Positions 24,427 to 36,663 of a DNA stretch of 64,000 nucleotides are shown one piece after another (the first letter of the stretch is position 1; every line of letters begins with the position of its first letter). Where the stretch lies: contig JAUCBJ010005463.1 in the NCBI GenBank assembly GCA_032718475.1, positions 6,875 through 70,874 of the forward strand. Reading direction: 5' to 3'. Both the position numbers and the translations under genes were made by a program. The DNA is from Nemertoderma westbladi (Eukaryota > Animalia > Xenacoelomorpha). The notes beneath the pieces are model-generated. The model worked only from the letters and a program-made list of their open reading frames with translations. It searched no databases and had not been told where the DNA came from.

Positions 24427-25892
24427 AATCTAAATACATAAATGCACCCCTCCGTGTGAAGGAAAAGGTCTGGATGCGTGCCTTATCAATGGTATTTTAT
24501 ACAACTGCGAGGGTTGGCACAACGTTAACACTTCGAAACTAGAAGCTCAATATCGACGAGTCTTAAAGACAATACTTGGAGTGAAACTGTCCACACCAAA
24601 CGAAATACCATATATCGAACTCGGTCGCCCACTTTTGACTGACATCATAAAGTCGCGAACTACAAATTTAATTAAACGTATTCTATCACAAGATTACCCA
24701 GATCAGAATTCACCACTGTTATTAATTCTAAACTCAAGCGAAGCGAACTACTCCCCAATGTGCCGATCCCTCAAAGCGTGTCTGACCTCCGACAGCCCAG
24801 AAATTATATTGGAGAAATCCCTCTCAACACTGAAAAACGCCGTAATCAGGAAAGCAGCCCTAGGAAAGAGTCGTTATGTGACTTATTTGACCATTAACCC
24901 TGATCTCAAACGCCCACAGGCATATAACGGGATCTACTCCAACCCGGACATCCACTCATTTGCTCGTATTCGCACCAGTTCCCACGAACTCGCAATAGAA
25001 AAGGGACGGTATAACCGCACACCACGTGACCAACGTACTTGCATATGTGGCGTCATTGAGGACGAGGAACACGTCACACTAAAATGCAAACTGTACAACT
25101 CGCTGAGAGACCAATTTATCGACAATCCCGCATCGGTCGACTCTCTGACCGACCTACTTGATCTACCGAACGCCCCATGTTATATATCCCAACTATTCCA
25201 GACAAGAAAGACTATTATTAATGAGCGACGGCAGGCTAACCCCTAAGAAACTATACATTATATTACCGTATCTATTTATTATTATTCACTATATTAGTAA
25301 CAAAACAATTCAATACTAACTATATTTATATATTAACTATTTATTACATAAAATTATATTATATATTAGTAACACTATCTATTTATTATTATAATTATAT
25401 ATTAAATACATTACGTTCGATTAGACCTACCCTATATAATACATCTTTAATATATAATATTATTATTATTATATCATAATGCGTACAGTACAGCATATTT
25501 ATAGGTCTTGCATTCGACAGGTCAGTCAAGCGATATAATCTTACATCCACTTTATACATTCAGTCATTATATTTACTTTAATTACGAAATTTATACACCC
25601 GTTTTTATATATTCAGTCACTATATTTTGCTTTAAATTCTAAGTACAGATTTATACTTATATTTTTCAGTAATTCACTATACATTCACATAACTAACAAA
25701 TCCGTTTTATATATTCAGTTACTATATTTGCTTCAAATACTATTCTCTTCGATCGGACTACTACATTTATAAAGTATTATTTTCGTGCAATTTGCTTAAC
25801 ATACTACTGCAAATTTGTAAATCATCGGTAAACAATTTCTCTGTGCAATTATTATTCTACATAGTAGTCGATAATATACATACATACATACA
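24427..25892 (+). mobile_element. 5'-truncated LINE inserted in B (ORF2 C-terminus, 3' UTR, (TACA)n tail)
   Basis: ILYNCEGW, RIRTSSHELAIEKGRY and CICGVIEDEEHVTLKC motifs (ORF 24581-25246). Absent from the equivalent site of A (~4305-4315). 4-bp duplication TAGT at 24423-24426 and 25893-25896. Confidence 0.88.
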
Positions 25893-26166
25893 TAGTCACA
25901 TATTTATAATGTACTACGGACAGTAAGGAAAGAGAAAAAAGAATTATTTCTCGCCGTCGCACTAAATATATAATATATAAGTAATTAAGTAATAAACGCG
26001 AATATATATATGGCACTAATCTACTAAATAATCGCTAAAATAACATTCTACTAAATAAAATTAAAGAAAACGATTATAATGAAATTACATAATAATACAT
26101 ACCTAAATATAAAAATAATAAAGACAGATATAAAATAATATAGTCACACACCCACTCCAGACGCTG

Positions 26167-28613
26167 TCACGTTGGGGAGTCCCTAGATGTTTGTTGGATT
26201 AGGGAGGTGGTCGTGGGAAGAGTATCTTGCCTTCCATAGTTTCCGGAGAGTTCTCTGTCTCTTTCCAGTAAACATAAACGACCAACTGGGCGATTGAGCT
26301 GCTGTGTCTCGAAGACAATTCCCGGTTTCTTAAAGTTACGTCGCATGACGACGAGTTCTACCGATCGCACCAAACCATCATCCGAGATATGAGTCTCGAT
26401 GATACGACCTGTCTGCCACCGCTTACGTGGAAGATCTAAGTCCACAATAAGGACCATGTCTCCGGCGCTGACGTTTTCTTGCTGCGCGAACCACTTAGTT
26501 CGAAGTTGTAGCGTAGGCAGATAATGTTTTTCGAAATGGTCAGCGAAACGACGGGATAACAACTGCATAAGTTGCCAAGTTTGCCGGCAGTATTCGTCTC
26601 CGTCCTTGATTTCCGATCATGGGAGCATGGCTACAGGTTTCTTCAGTAGGAAGTGCGCGGGTTTTAGCGCTTCCAGGGAATCGGGACTCGATGAGACTGG
26701 CATAAGCGGTCTCTCGTTGAGATAGGCGGCGATTTCCTCCATTAACGTCCGCAAAAGTTCGTCGGTGAGATACGCGCGGCACGGCACTATAAAGTGAAAT
26801 GCAGTCTTCACGCTCCTGATTAATCTCTCCCAACTTCCTCCCCACCAAGGGGCGCGGCGTTGAAGGTCCAGCTAGACACTGTTACCCTTAGCTGATCGTC
26901 CACCTGTCTTTGGTTCCAATCTTTGACGTAAGCCTTGATTTCATTGTTGGCACCAATGAAGTTCGTTCCCTTATCAGATCTCAAAGTGTTACTAGTTCCA
27001 AAGCGAGCGATCTGTCGGCGTAAGCTCAATATGAAGCTATTGGTAGATAAATCGTTCACCATATCGAGATGGATAGCTCTACAAGTCATACAGACAAAGA
27101 TGACACACCATCTCTTGACTATAGTCCTAGCACGATATACTTCAATAGGGCCAAATAAATCCACACCGGTATTAGTAAAGGGTGGTTCATAGAAGCTTAC
27201 TCGTTCCCTAGGTAATTCTGCCTCTCGCTGTGTTAAAGGCCTACTGAATGCTTTCCTACAGGGTATGCAGTTCCTAAGAACTTGGTTCAGAGCTCTACGG
27301 GGTTTATGAAAATAATAGCGAGTTCGAATTTCGCTAAGAACTCGTTCTCTACCAGCATGATAAAGCTTACTGTGAACATCTACAATCATCTTGATTTGTA
27401 TTTCAAGATTTCTAATGAGTATGGGAAACTTAGTGTCAAAGGATAATGGAGCATTAGTTACTCTTCCTCCAACACGTATTAACCCATCTATCATTGTGCT
27501 AGAGAAACGATCCCTTAAGCGCATCTGTGGATTTCTCAACAACAGGAAATACTTATCGGAATCCTCATAGCATTGCAGGAGTCTCAGTATCTGCTTATTG
27601 GTTTCTTCATGCTCCTGGTAACTGATCTTCTCCTTCAGAAACCTGTCGGATATCTTGTATTTGGGAAGATCTTTAACAACATGGACCTGCGCAGATGTCA
27701 GTGGAGCGGTATCACTAGTGGTCTTCGTCCTGGAGTAGTGATGATGAAAACATCGCTTTAAATATGTAACGGCCTTACAGAGCCGATTCCAGGAACTATA
27801 ATGATGTATCGCTCTCTGCAGGAGAGGTGAGAGTCCTTGCGAGATGTCTGGTATTCCAGATTTCCAATCCCTCTCTCTGATTTCCACAACAGACTTATTT
27901 GTGGCTGTGGGTTTCGGATCCAAAGCGTCGTCTCCGGAAGTGTGTAGTACAGACAGATCTACCACAGGTTTAAATAACTTCGATTTACTCGCCCGAGTTT
28001 TAGGTTTGACTTTCTCCGCTCCCTTGGCCTGTCTAATCTCCGCCGTAGTAAGATGAGGAGGCCATTCATCCTCTTCTTTGCTTAGGAAGTCGGGTCCACC
28101 TAACCAGTCTGGAGTATCTATCAGTTCTTGTAGAGTTGCTCCCCTGGAGGCGATGTCGGCTGGATTAATCGTTCCGGGGCAATGTCTCCATTGATCTATC
28201 TTCGTGCGACTAAGTATAATGGCTACTCTGTTGGTAAAGAAGACGCTGAACTGACAGACTTCATTGGTTATATACTCCAACACGAGTAAAGCGTCGGTCC
28301 AATAGACAGTTTTCTCCAGGGGATAGTCGATCTGTTCTGTTACATTCCGGCCGATGGCTGTAGCGTATAGAGCCGCTTTTAACTCCGCTCGAGGAACTTT
28401 CAACTTGTTGTTTATCAATGCCTTAGAGGTAACTAAGGCGACTTTGATTCCGTCCGGAGTTTCCACCCTTAGGTAGGCTACTATACCGATTCCCATATCG
28501 CTGGCGTCTCCAAACACATGGAGTTGATATGAATACGTAGGGAGAACATGACCAAAATATGAACGGGAAATTATAAAGTTTTCGATGGCTGGTAGAGAAT
28601 CTTCCCATTTCAT
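26167..28613 (-). pseudogene. Element B RNaseH-integrase, frameshifted in the integrase core/C-terminus
   Basis: LHVFGDAS, VPRAELKAA, YWTDA, NPADIASRG; H..H..C..C zinc finger; GVDLFGP and SDKGTNF; C-terminal YLPTLQLRTKW..DGLVRSV..RPVGRLCLLE. Confidence 0.92.
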
Positions 28614-28676
28614 CCACTTCTTTAATAGTTCTCCCTTAAGTGGATCGTCCCATGAGTGGTTTTAAAGCCACATTTG

Positions 28677-31600
28677 TTATACTAAACTCCGAGCAATCAA
28701 TATAACTGGGCTAATAAATCCCAATGGATCGAAATAAGTGCTCAGGATACTTAGACAAATCCATTTAGTCCGAACTGGATTATCTCGCTGTTTTAGCTGG
28801 AAAAACAGGATATCTCTCTCCGTGTCCCATTTCAAACCAAGCGTCTTGGTTTCTGGAAGATCGTCCTTGATAAGGTCTAGATCTTTAACTCCTCGGTCTT
28901 CTACCGGGATCGATTCCAGAAACTCACGGGAGTTGCTGGTGAATTTAGTTAATCGAAATCCACCTCTTTTCAAGCACTCTACCGTTCCTTTGGCGACAAC
29001 AATGGCCTCTTCCACCGATGGGAGGGACTTTAAATTGTCGTCCATGTATATATCCCGTTTGATGTTGTCGATAACCTCTTTAGAGAAGGCGTCCCGGTTG
29101 TCATCAGCAGTGGTGCGCACTACTGAGCAGGCGTTTGAAGGGCTCGAGATGATCCCAAAAGCCTGGATGGTCATCCAGTACTCCACCGGTTTCTGGTTGA
29201 AGTCTCCTTCAGGCCACCACAGAAATCGTAGGCTGTCTCGATCTCTATCCAGCGCCTTAACTTGTAAGAACATGCCTTCTATATCCGAGGCAAAGGCGAT
29301 CGAATATTGTCGTAATCTTAAGAGTATTCCCAACAAGGATTGTAGTAAGTTGGGTCCTGGCAACAACTCGGAGTTAAGGGATTGGCCCATGTAGAGGGCG
29401 GAGCCGTCAAATACTACCCGGACTTCGTTGGGTTTACCGGGTTTGGGAACGTAATGGTGTGTTAAATAGTACGTTCTCTCAGTTATGGGTGTTCCTTCCG
29501 GTACTCGCTCCGCATATCCCTTGTCAATGAATTTCTTCAGCTGGGTCTTGTACATCTCCTTAGCTGAAGCATTTGCCGTAAGGCGTCGATGTAGTTGCGC
29601 AATTATCTTCTCCGCCAAGGGTCGGTTGCGGATAAAACCCGTTCTTAGACCCGTTCTTTGGGTAACCTTTCCATGAGAGTTCTACGGGAAGGGCCAGTAA
29701 AGTACCAGCCTACTCTAGTTCTTCCCGCATAGGTTTGTAGTGGTTGCGGTTGAGCAGGCCGTTTCTCCAATGTCTCAAGCGCCTCATGCGCATTTTGGCC
29801 GATGAGTATTTGCACTCCAGGGTAGTCTGTGTTGAATCTAGGTATCTTATGCTGCTGGGTGAAATTGTCCTCATCCCAGTTATAAGGTTCCACTTGGCTG
29901 GTAGCGAAGTTCTTTATCGCCACCATTTTTACTGACCTTATACTGTGTTCTCCTAGTTCATCCTGGGGGGTGGACAACGCGCCTACATAGTAGTCTGTAG
30001 TGACTGTGGATTTCCAAACCTGCATAATTCCTGACATATTCAACTTGGTTCGGAACTTGGGTTGTCCAGCAAAGATGTCTTTGGCTAGTTCCTTGTCGAT
30101 GAATGTTCCTGTGCTGCTGGAGTCAAGGAGGGCGTTCACTATATAGCTCTTTTCAGGCCCGTGGACTCTCAACTGCACTACGGGAAATTCTCGGATTCCT
30201 ACGTTGGAAGTTGGTGCTTTCCAAGATGGTTGTCGGTCAGGAGTAGTTAGGGGGAGCTCACTGTCGGTTTCTTTCTCATACGTAAGTGCTCGATACACTG
30301 CGGTATTTATTAGGTAACAGAATTCGTTTTCGTCGGAGAATTCATCCATATAGAATCCTTCCATCTCAGAACTTTGATCAGTGTCGTTCACATCACTGAA
30401 TTGGACATGTAGTTCGGACTCACTTACCTGACTCGGGCTGTTTCTTTCGAATTCAGTGTGCAACAAGATATGTTTCGCGCCGCACTTTGCACACCTTGCG
30501 TCGGAGTAACAGGTTCGCCGTTGCTGTCCTTGTCTGAGGCAATTATAACACAACCGCTTATCCCACATGACTTCACGTCTATCTTTTAGTGACTTCTTTA
30601 AAAATTCATCACACGCACTTAAACGGTGGGGCCCGTCACACAGCGCACATTTCGGTTTGATGTTACTTACCTTACTTTGGGTAACGTTGTTCGTTCGTTC
30701 CTCGGGCTTTCTTCAGTGAATTCTCTTAGGAGACATAGGAGGAGTTTTTCTTACCTGTTCTCTCCTGTCATTGGTTCGAGACTTAAATTTACTTACGTCT
30801 TTAGACGCTTTGTTGACATAGTAAGATCTTTCAGTGTCTTTCCCGCTGTCCTCCTCTTGAGAGGCCTGGCTTTCGCCGTCGTCTGTATAACACACTGGTG
30901 TTACCTTTCTCCTAGAAACGGGTTTCTCACTTACCTTATTTTCCGGTGTCTTCTCTCTGGACTGCTTTAGGAGCTGTAGTTTTACCTCTCCATCTAAGAA
31001 TGACATGAGATCAGCCATGGTAGGGTCTCTTCGTTGTTGTTCCATCATATATAACACTTTCTTATCCCAGCGTGTACCTACTCCACCCTTGAGTAAAGTA
31101 GATGCTACGGCTCCAATAACCATAGAACTCTGATATTCATGAGACTTACCTAGCCAATCTAATTGTCTACAGATCTCTTGAATCTCATCGGAAAACTCTA
31201 TAATCCCGCTGCTAATGAACTTTCGGGGGGCTACAAATTTTGCATACAAATACCTAGCTATGTTATTCCTATTATCATACTTGATGTTTAGTGTATCCCA
31301 AACTTGTCTTAATCCATCTGGATGTCCAATAAACTTTAACGCCATTAACTTGGGAGATCCTTCCAAGCACTCGATGAGGAATCTAAGTTTCTCTCCGTTA
31401 GATAGCACCGAGTTCTGTATGTTATCTTTGTAATATTCATTAAAAGGTAACCATTTCATCTCATCTCCATTGAACTTGACGATCTCTCCCACCTTTACCG
31501 CTTGACGGGCTTCGGTTCTAGCCATTTGACGCGTAAAACTTTCTTGGGCCATCGTGTTATTTAATATCGAGTTATCGGTATATAAATTTCTCGGATTATT

Positions 31601-31777
31601 ATCAAGTCTATGTGGAATATCATTGTCAACATGTTTATAATTACCCTTAATAGGGTTTACTATAGGAGTTTCCACTTCACTAGCAGTATAGATGCGTGTA
31701 GGCTCCACACCTTGCGCATGAAATACTTCAGACCTAACAGGTTGACACATTGTTACCGGGGTTGGTGGTATACCCAT
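28677..31777 (-). pseudogene. Duplicated Gag-PR-RT segment of B (second copy, with a ~0.4-kb deletion and stops)
   Basis: ORFs 30713-31777, 29645-30568 and 28677-29618 nearly identical to 33086-36613; protease DSG changed to DSS; YMDD retained. Confidence 0.9.
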
Positions 31778-31788
31778 TTGGGTATTTA

Positions 31789-33063
31789 CTAATTTCGCTT
31801 ACGTCCTTCTGGGCTCCTCCCCGAGGCGCAGCCATGAGGCGGACGCTTTTCCACTACCCTTGGGGCCAGTATGGGAAACTTAGTGTCAAAGGATAATGGA
31901 GCATTAGTTAGTCTTCCTCCAACACGTATTAACCCATCTATCATTGTGCTAGAGAAACGATCCCTTAAGCGCATCTGTGGATTTCTCAACAACAGGAAAT
32001 ACTTATCGGAATCCTCATAGCATTGCAGGAGTCTCAGTATCTGCTTATTGGTTTCTTCATGCTCCTGGTAACTGATCTTCTCCTTCAGAAACCTGTCGGA
32101 TATCTTGTATTTGGGAAGATCTTTAACAACATGGACCTGCGCAGATGTCAGTGGAGCGGTATCACTAGTGGTCTTCGTCCTGGAGTAGTGATGATGAAAA
32201 CATCGCTTTAAATATGTAACGGCCTTACAGAGCCGATTCCAGGAACTATAATGATGTATCGCTCTCTGCAGGAGAGGTGAGAGTCCTTGCGAGATGTCTG
32301 GTATTCCAGATTTCCAATCCCTCTCTCTGATTTCCACAACAGACTTATTTGTGGCTGTGGGTTTCGGATCCAAAGCGTCGTCTCCGGAAGTGTGTAGTAC
32401 AGACAGATCTACCACGGGTTTAAATAACTTCGATTTACTCGCCCGAGTTTTAGGTTTGACTTTCTCCGCTCCCTTGGCCTGTCTAATCTCCGCCGTAGTA
32501 AGATGAGGAGGCCATTCATCCTCTTCTTTGCTTAGGAAGTCGGGTCCACCTAACCAGTCTGGAGTATCTATCAGTTCTTGTGGAGTTGCTCCCCTGGAGG
32601 CGATGTCGGCTGGATTAATCGTTCCGGGGCAATGTCTCCATTGATCTATCTTCGTGCGACTAAGTATAATGGCTACTCTGTTGGTAAAGAAGACGCTGAA
32701 CTGACAGACTTCATTGGTTATATACTCCAACACGAGTAAAGCATCGGTCCAATAGACAGTTTTCTCCAGTGGATAGTCGATCTGTTCTGTTACATTCCGG
32801 CCGATGGCTGTAGCGTATAGAGCCGCTTTTAACTCCGCTCGAGGAACTTTCAACTTGTTGTTTATCAAGGCCTTATAGGTAACCAAGGCGACCTTGATTC
32901 CATCCGGAGTTTCAACTCTCAGGTAGGCTACTATACCTATTCCCATATCGCTGGCGTCTCCAAACACATGGAGTTGATAGGAATACGTAGGGAGAACATG
33001 ACCAAAATATGAACGGGAAATTATAAAGTTCTTGATGGATGGTAGAGAATCTTCCCATTTCAT
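31789..33063 (-). pseudogene. Element B RNaseH region, first copy, cut at the duplication junction (~31870)
   Basis: Protein nearly identical to the first ~400 aa of 26820-28613. Confidence 0.9.
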
Positions 33064-33085
33064 CCACTTCTTTAATAGTTCTCCC

Positions 33086-36000
33086 TTAAGTGGATCGTCC
33101 CATGAGTGGTTTTAAAGCCACATTTGTCAAAGCCACTAAACTCCGAGCAATCAATATAACTGGGCTAATAAATCCCAATGGATCGAAATAAGTGCTCAGG
33201 ATACTTAGACAAATCCATTTAGTCCGAACTGGATTATCTCGCTGTTTTAGCTGGAAAAACAGGATATCTCTCTCCGTGTCCCATTTCAAACCAAGCGTCT
33301 TGGTTTCTGGAAGATCGTCCTTGATAAGGTCTAGATCTTTAACTCCTCGGTCTTCTACCGTGATCGATTCCAGAAACTCACGGGAGTTGCTGGTGAATTT
33401 AGTTAATCGAAATCCACCTCTTTTCAAGCACTCTACCGTTCCTTTGGCGACATCAATGGCCTCTTCCACCGATGGGAGGGACTTTAAATTGTCGTCCATG
33501 TATATATGCCGTTTGATGTTGTCGATAACCTCTTTAGAGAAGGCGTCCCGGTTGTCATCAGCAGTGGTGCGCACTACTGAGCAGGCGTTTGAAGGGCTCG
33601 AGATGATCCCAAAAGCCTGGATGGTCATCCAGTACTCCACCGGTTTCTGGTTGAAGTCTCCTTCAGGCCACCACAGAAATCGTAGGCTGTCTCGATCTCT
33701 ATCCAGCGCCGTAACTTGTAAGAACATGCCTTCTATATCCGAGGCAAAGGCGATCGAATATTGTCGTAATCTTAAGAGTATTCCCAACAAGGATTGTAGT
33801 AAGTTGGGTCCTGGCAACAACTCGGAGTTAAGGGATTGGCCCATGTAGAGGGCGGAGCCGTCAAATACTACCCGGACTTCGTTGGGTTTACCGGGTTTGG
33901 GAACGTAATGGTGTGTTAAATAGTACGTTCTCTCAGTTATGGGTGTTCCTTCCGGTACTCGCTCCGCATATCCCTTGTCAATGAATTTCTTCAGCTGGGT
34001 CTTGTACATCTCCTTAGCTGAAGCATTTGCCGTAAGGCGTCGATGTAGTTGCGCAATTCTCTTCTCCGCCAAGGGTCGGTTGCGGATAAAATTGGGTTCT
34101 TGCCGTCGGAAGGGCAGACCAATCTCATATCTACCTTGATCTTTAAGAAAACGTGTAGTCGTTTCTTGTATCTGCTTGGCTCTTTCATCTTCTACCGATA
34201 GGGCCTTATCGTAGGAATTGGGCTCTACAGCCTCTTGAGTAAAGAATCGTACGGCGTGTTCATCCCGAGTCTTCGCGTTGTAGCGATCTATCACTTCATT
34301 CAGTTCGTCGTTATAGTCGACTTGTCCTGCTGGATGAATGAGGTGACATAGGTTCACTTGGTTTTGCCAAGTTTCGTTTTCCGTAAGGAGTTCGATGGTA
34401 TTCTCCTCGTCGAAGAGTTGGTGGATATCGTCATTATCTGAGGAGTATGGTGTTCCCTCAGTTGTGTCGTCTACCTCACTGATCTCCTCTTCCCATTCAC
34501 TTACCTGGTAGACCCGTTCTTTGGGTAACCTTTCCATGAGAGTTCTACGGGAAGGGCCAGTAAAGTACCAGCCTACTCTAGTTCTTCCCGCATAGGTTTG
34601 TAGTGGTTGCGGTTGAGCAGGCCGTTTCTCCAATGTCTCAAGCGCCTCATGCGCATTTTGGCTGATGAGTATTTGCACTCCAGGGTAGTCTGTGTTGAAT
34701 CTAGGTATCTTATGCTGCTGGGTGAAATCGTCCTCATCCCAGTTATAAGGTTCCACTTGGCTGGTAGCGAAGTTCTTTATCGCCACCATTTTTACTGACC
34801 TTATACTATGTTCTCCTAGTTCATCCTGGGGGGTGGACAATGCGCCTACATAGTAGTCTGTAGTGACTGTGGATTTCCAAACCTGCATAATTCCTGACAT
34901 ATTCAACTTGGTTCGGAACTTGGGTTGTCCAGCAAAGATGTCTTTGGCTAGTTCCTTGTCGATGAATGTTCCTGTGCTGCCAGAGTCAAGGAGGGCGTTC
35001 ACTATATAGCTCTTTTCAGGCCCGTGGACTCTCAACTGCACTACGGGAAATTCTCGGATTCCTACGTTGGAAGTTGGTGCTTTCCAAGATGGTTGTCGGT
35101 CAGGAGTAGTTAGGGGGAGCTCACTGTCGGTTTCTTTCTCATACGTAAGTGCTCGATACACTGCGGTATTTATTAGGTAACAGAATTCGTTTTCGTCGGA
35201 GAATTCATCCGTATAGAATCCTTCCATCTCAGAACTTTGATCAGTGTCGTTCACATCACTGAATTGGACATGTAGTTCGGACTCACTTACCTGACTCGGG
35301 CTGTTTCTTTCGAATTCAGTGTGCAACAAGATATGTTTCGCGCCGCACTTTGCACACCTTGCATCGGAGTAACAGGTTCGCCGTTGCTGTCCTTGTCTGA
35401 GGCAATTATAACACAACCGCTTATCCCACATGACTTCACGTCTATCTTTTAGTGACTTCTTTAAAAATTCATCACACGCACTTAAACGGTGGGGCCCGTC
35501 ACACAGCGCACATTTCGGTTTGATGTTACTTACCTTACTTTGGGTAACGTTGTTCGTTCTTTCCTCGGGCTTTCTTCCGTGAATTCTCTTAGGAGACATA
35601 GGAGGAGTTTTTCTTACCTGTTCTCTCCTGTCATTGGTTCGAGACTTAAATTTACTTACGTCTTTAGACGCTTTGTTGACATAGTAAGATCTTTCAGTGT
35701 CTTTCCCGCTGTTCTCCTCTTGAGAGGCCTGGCTTTCGCCGTCATCTGTATAACACACTGGTGTTACCTTTCTCCTAGAAACGGGTTTCTCACTTACCTT
35801 ATTTTCCGGTGTCTTCTCTCTGGACTGCTTTAGGAGCTGTAGTTTTACCTCTCCATCTAAGAATGACATGAGATCAGCCATGGTAGGGTCTCTTCGTTGT
35901 TGTTCCATCATATATAACACTTTCTTATCCCAGCGTGTACCTACTCCACCCTTGGGTAAAGTAGATGCTACGGCTCCAATAACCATAGAACTCTGATATT

Positions 36001-36613
36001 CATGAGACTTACCTAGCCAATCTAATTGTCTACAGATCTCTTGAATCTCATCGGAAAACTCTATAATCCCGCTGCTAATGAACTTTCGGGGGGCTACCAA
36101 TTTTGCATACAAATACCTAGCTATGTTATTCCTATTACCATACCTGATGTTTAGTGTATCCCAAACTTGTCTTAATCCATCTGGATGTCCAATAAACTTT
36201 AACGCCATTAACTTGGGAGATCCTTCCAAGCACTCGATGAGGAATCTAAGTTTCTCTCCGTTAGATAGCACCGAGTTCTGTATGTTATCTTTGTAATATT
36301 CATTAAAAGGTAACCATTTCATCTCATCTCCATTGAACTTGACGATCTCTCCCACCTTTACCGCTTGACGGGCTTCGGTTCTAGCCATTTGACGCGTAAA
36401 ACTTTCTTGGGCCATCGTGTTATTTAATATCGAGTTATCGGTATATAAATTTCTCGGATTATTATCAAGTCTATGTGGAATATCATTGTCAACATGTTTA
36501 TAATTACCCTTAATAGGGTTTACTATAGGAGTTTCCACTTCACTAGCAGTATAGATGCGTGTAGGCTCCACACCTTGCGCATGAAATACTTCAGACCTAA
36601 CAGGTTGACACAT
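33086..36613 (-). CDS. Element B Gag C-half, protease and reverse transcriptase (disrupted at both ends)
   Basis: Zn knuckles; LLDSGS; BEL-type RT motifs VRVVFDGS, SLNSELLPGPNL, SDIEGMFLQV, YMDDNL, KTLGLKW, FDPLGFISP. Confidence 0.93.
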   Translation of the reverse strand: MCQPVRSEVFHAQGVEPTRIYTASEVETPIVNPIKGNYKHVDNDIPHRLDNNPRNLYTDNSILNNTMAQESFTRQMARTEARQAVKVGEIVKFNGDEMKWLPFNEYYKDNIQNSVLSNGEKLRFLIECLEGSPKLMALKFIGHPDGLRQVWDTLNIRYGNRNNIARYLYAKLVAPRKFISSGIIEFSDEIQEICRQLDWLGKSHEYQSSMVIGAVASTLPKGGVGTRWDKKVLYMMEQQRRDPTMADLMSFLDGEVKLQLLKQSREKTPENKVSEKPVSRRKVTPVCYTDDGESQASQEENSGKDTERSYYVNKASKDVSKFKSRTNDRREQVRKTPPMSPKRIHGRKPEERTNNVTQSKVSNIKPKCALCDGPHRLSACDEFLKKSLKDRREVMWDKRLCYNCLRQGQQRRTCYSDARCAKCGAKHILLHTEFERNSPSQVSESELHVQFSDVNDTDQSSEMEGFYTDEFSDENEFCYLINTAVYRALTYEKETDSELPLTTPDRQPSWKAPTSNVGIREFPVVQLRVHGPEKSYIVNALLDSGSTGTFIDKELAKDIFAGQPKFRTKLNMSGIMQVWKSTVTTDYYVGALSTPQDELGEHSIRSVKMVAIKNFATSQVEPYNWDEDDFTQQHKIPRFNTDYPGVQILISQNAHEALETLEKRPAQPQPLQTYAGRTRVGWYFTGPSRRTLMERLPKERVYQVSEWEEEISEVDDTTEGTPYSSDNDDIHQLFDEENTIELLTENETWQNQVNLCHLIHPAGQVDYNDELNEVIDRYNAKTRDEHAVRFFTQEAVEPNSYDKALSVEDERAKQIQETTTRFLKDQGRYEIGLPFRRQEPNFIRNRPLAEKRIAQLHRRLTANASAKEMYKTQLKKFIDKGYAERVPEGTPITERTYYLTHHYVPKPGKPNEVRVVFDGSALYMGQSLNSELLPGPNLLQSLLGILLRLRQYSIAFASDIEGMFLQVTALDRDRDSLRFLWWPEGDFNQKPVEYWMTIQAFGIISSPSNACSVVRTTADDNRDAFSKEVIDNIKRHIYMDDNLKSLPSVEEAIDVAKGTVECLKRGGFRLTKFTSNSREFLESITVEDRGVKDLDLIKDDLPETKTLGLKWDTERDILFFQLKQRDNPVRTKWICLSILSTYFDPLGFISPVILIARSLVALTNVALKPLMGRST

Positions 36614-36663
36614 TGTTACCGGGGTTGGTGGTATACCCCTTTGGGTATTTACTAATTTCGCTT

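Noticed and set aside
28738-33848. Antisense 218-aa ORFs (28738-29394, 33192-33848) and other short opposite-strand ORFs over gag/pol, NEURL4 and MED8
   Set aside because: Shadow frames of real coding sequence, with no independent motifs.
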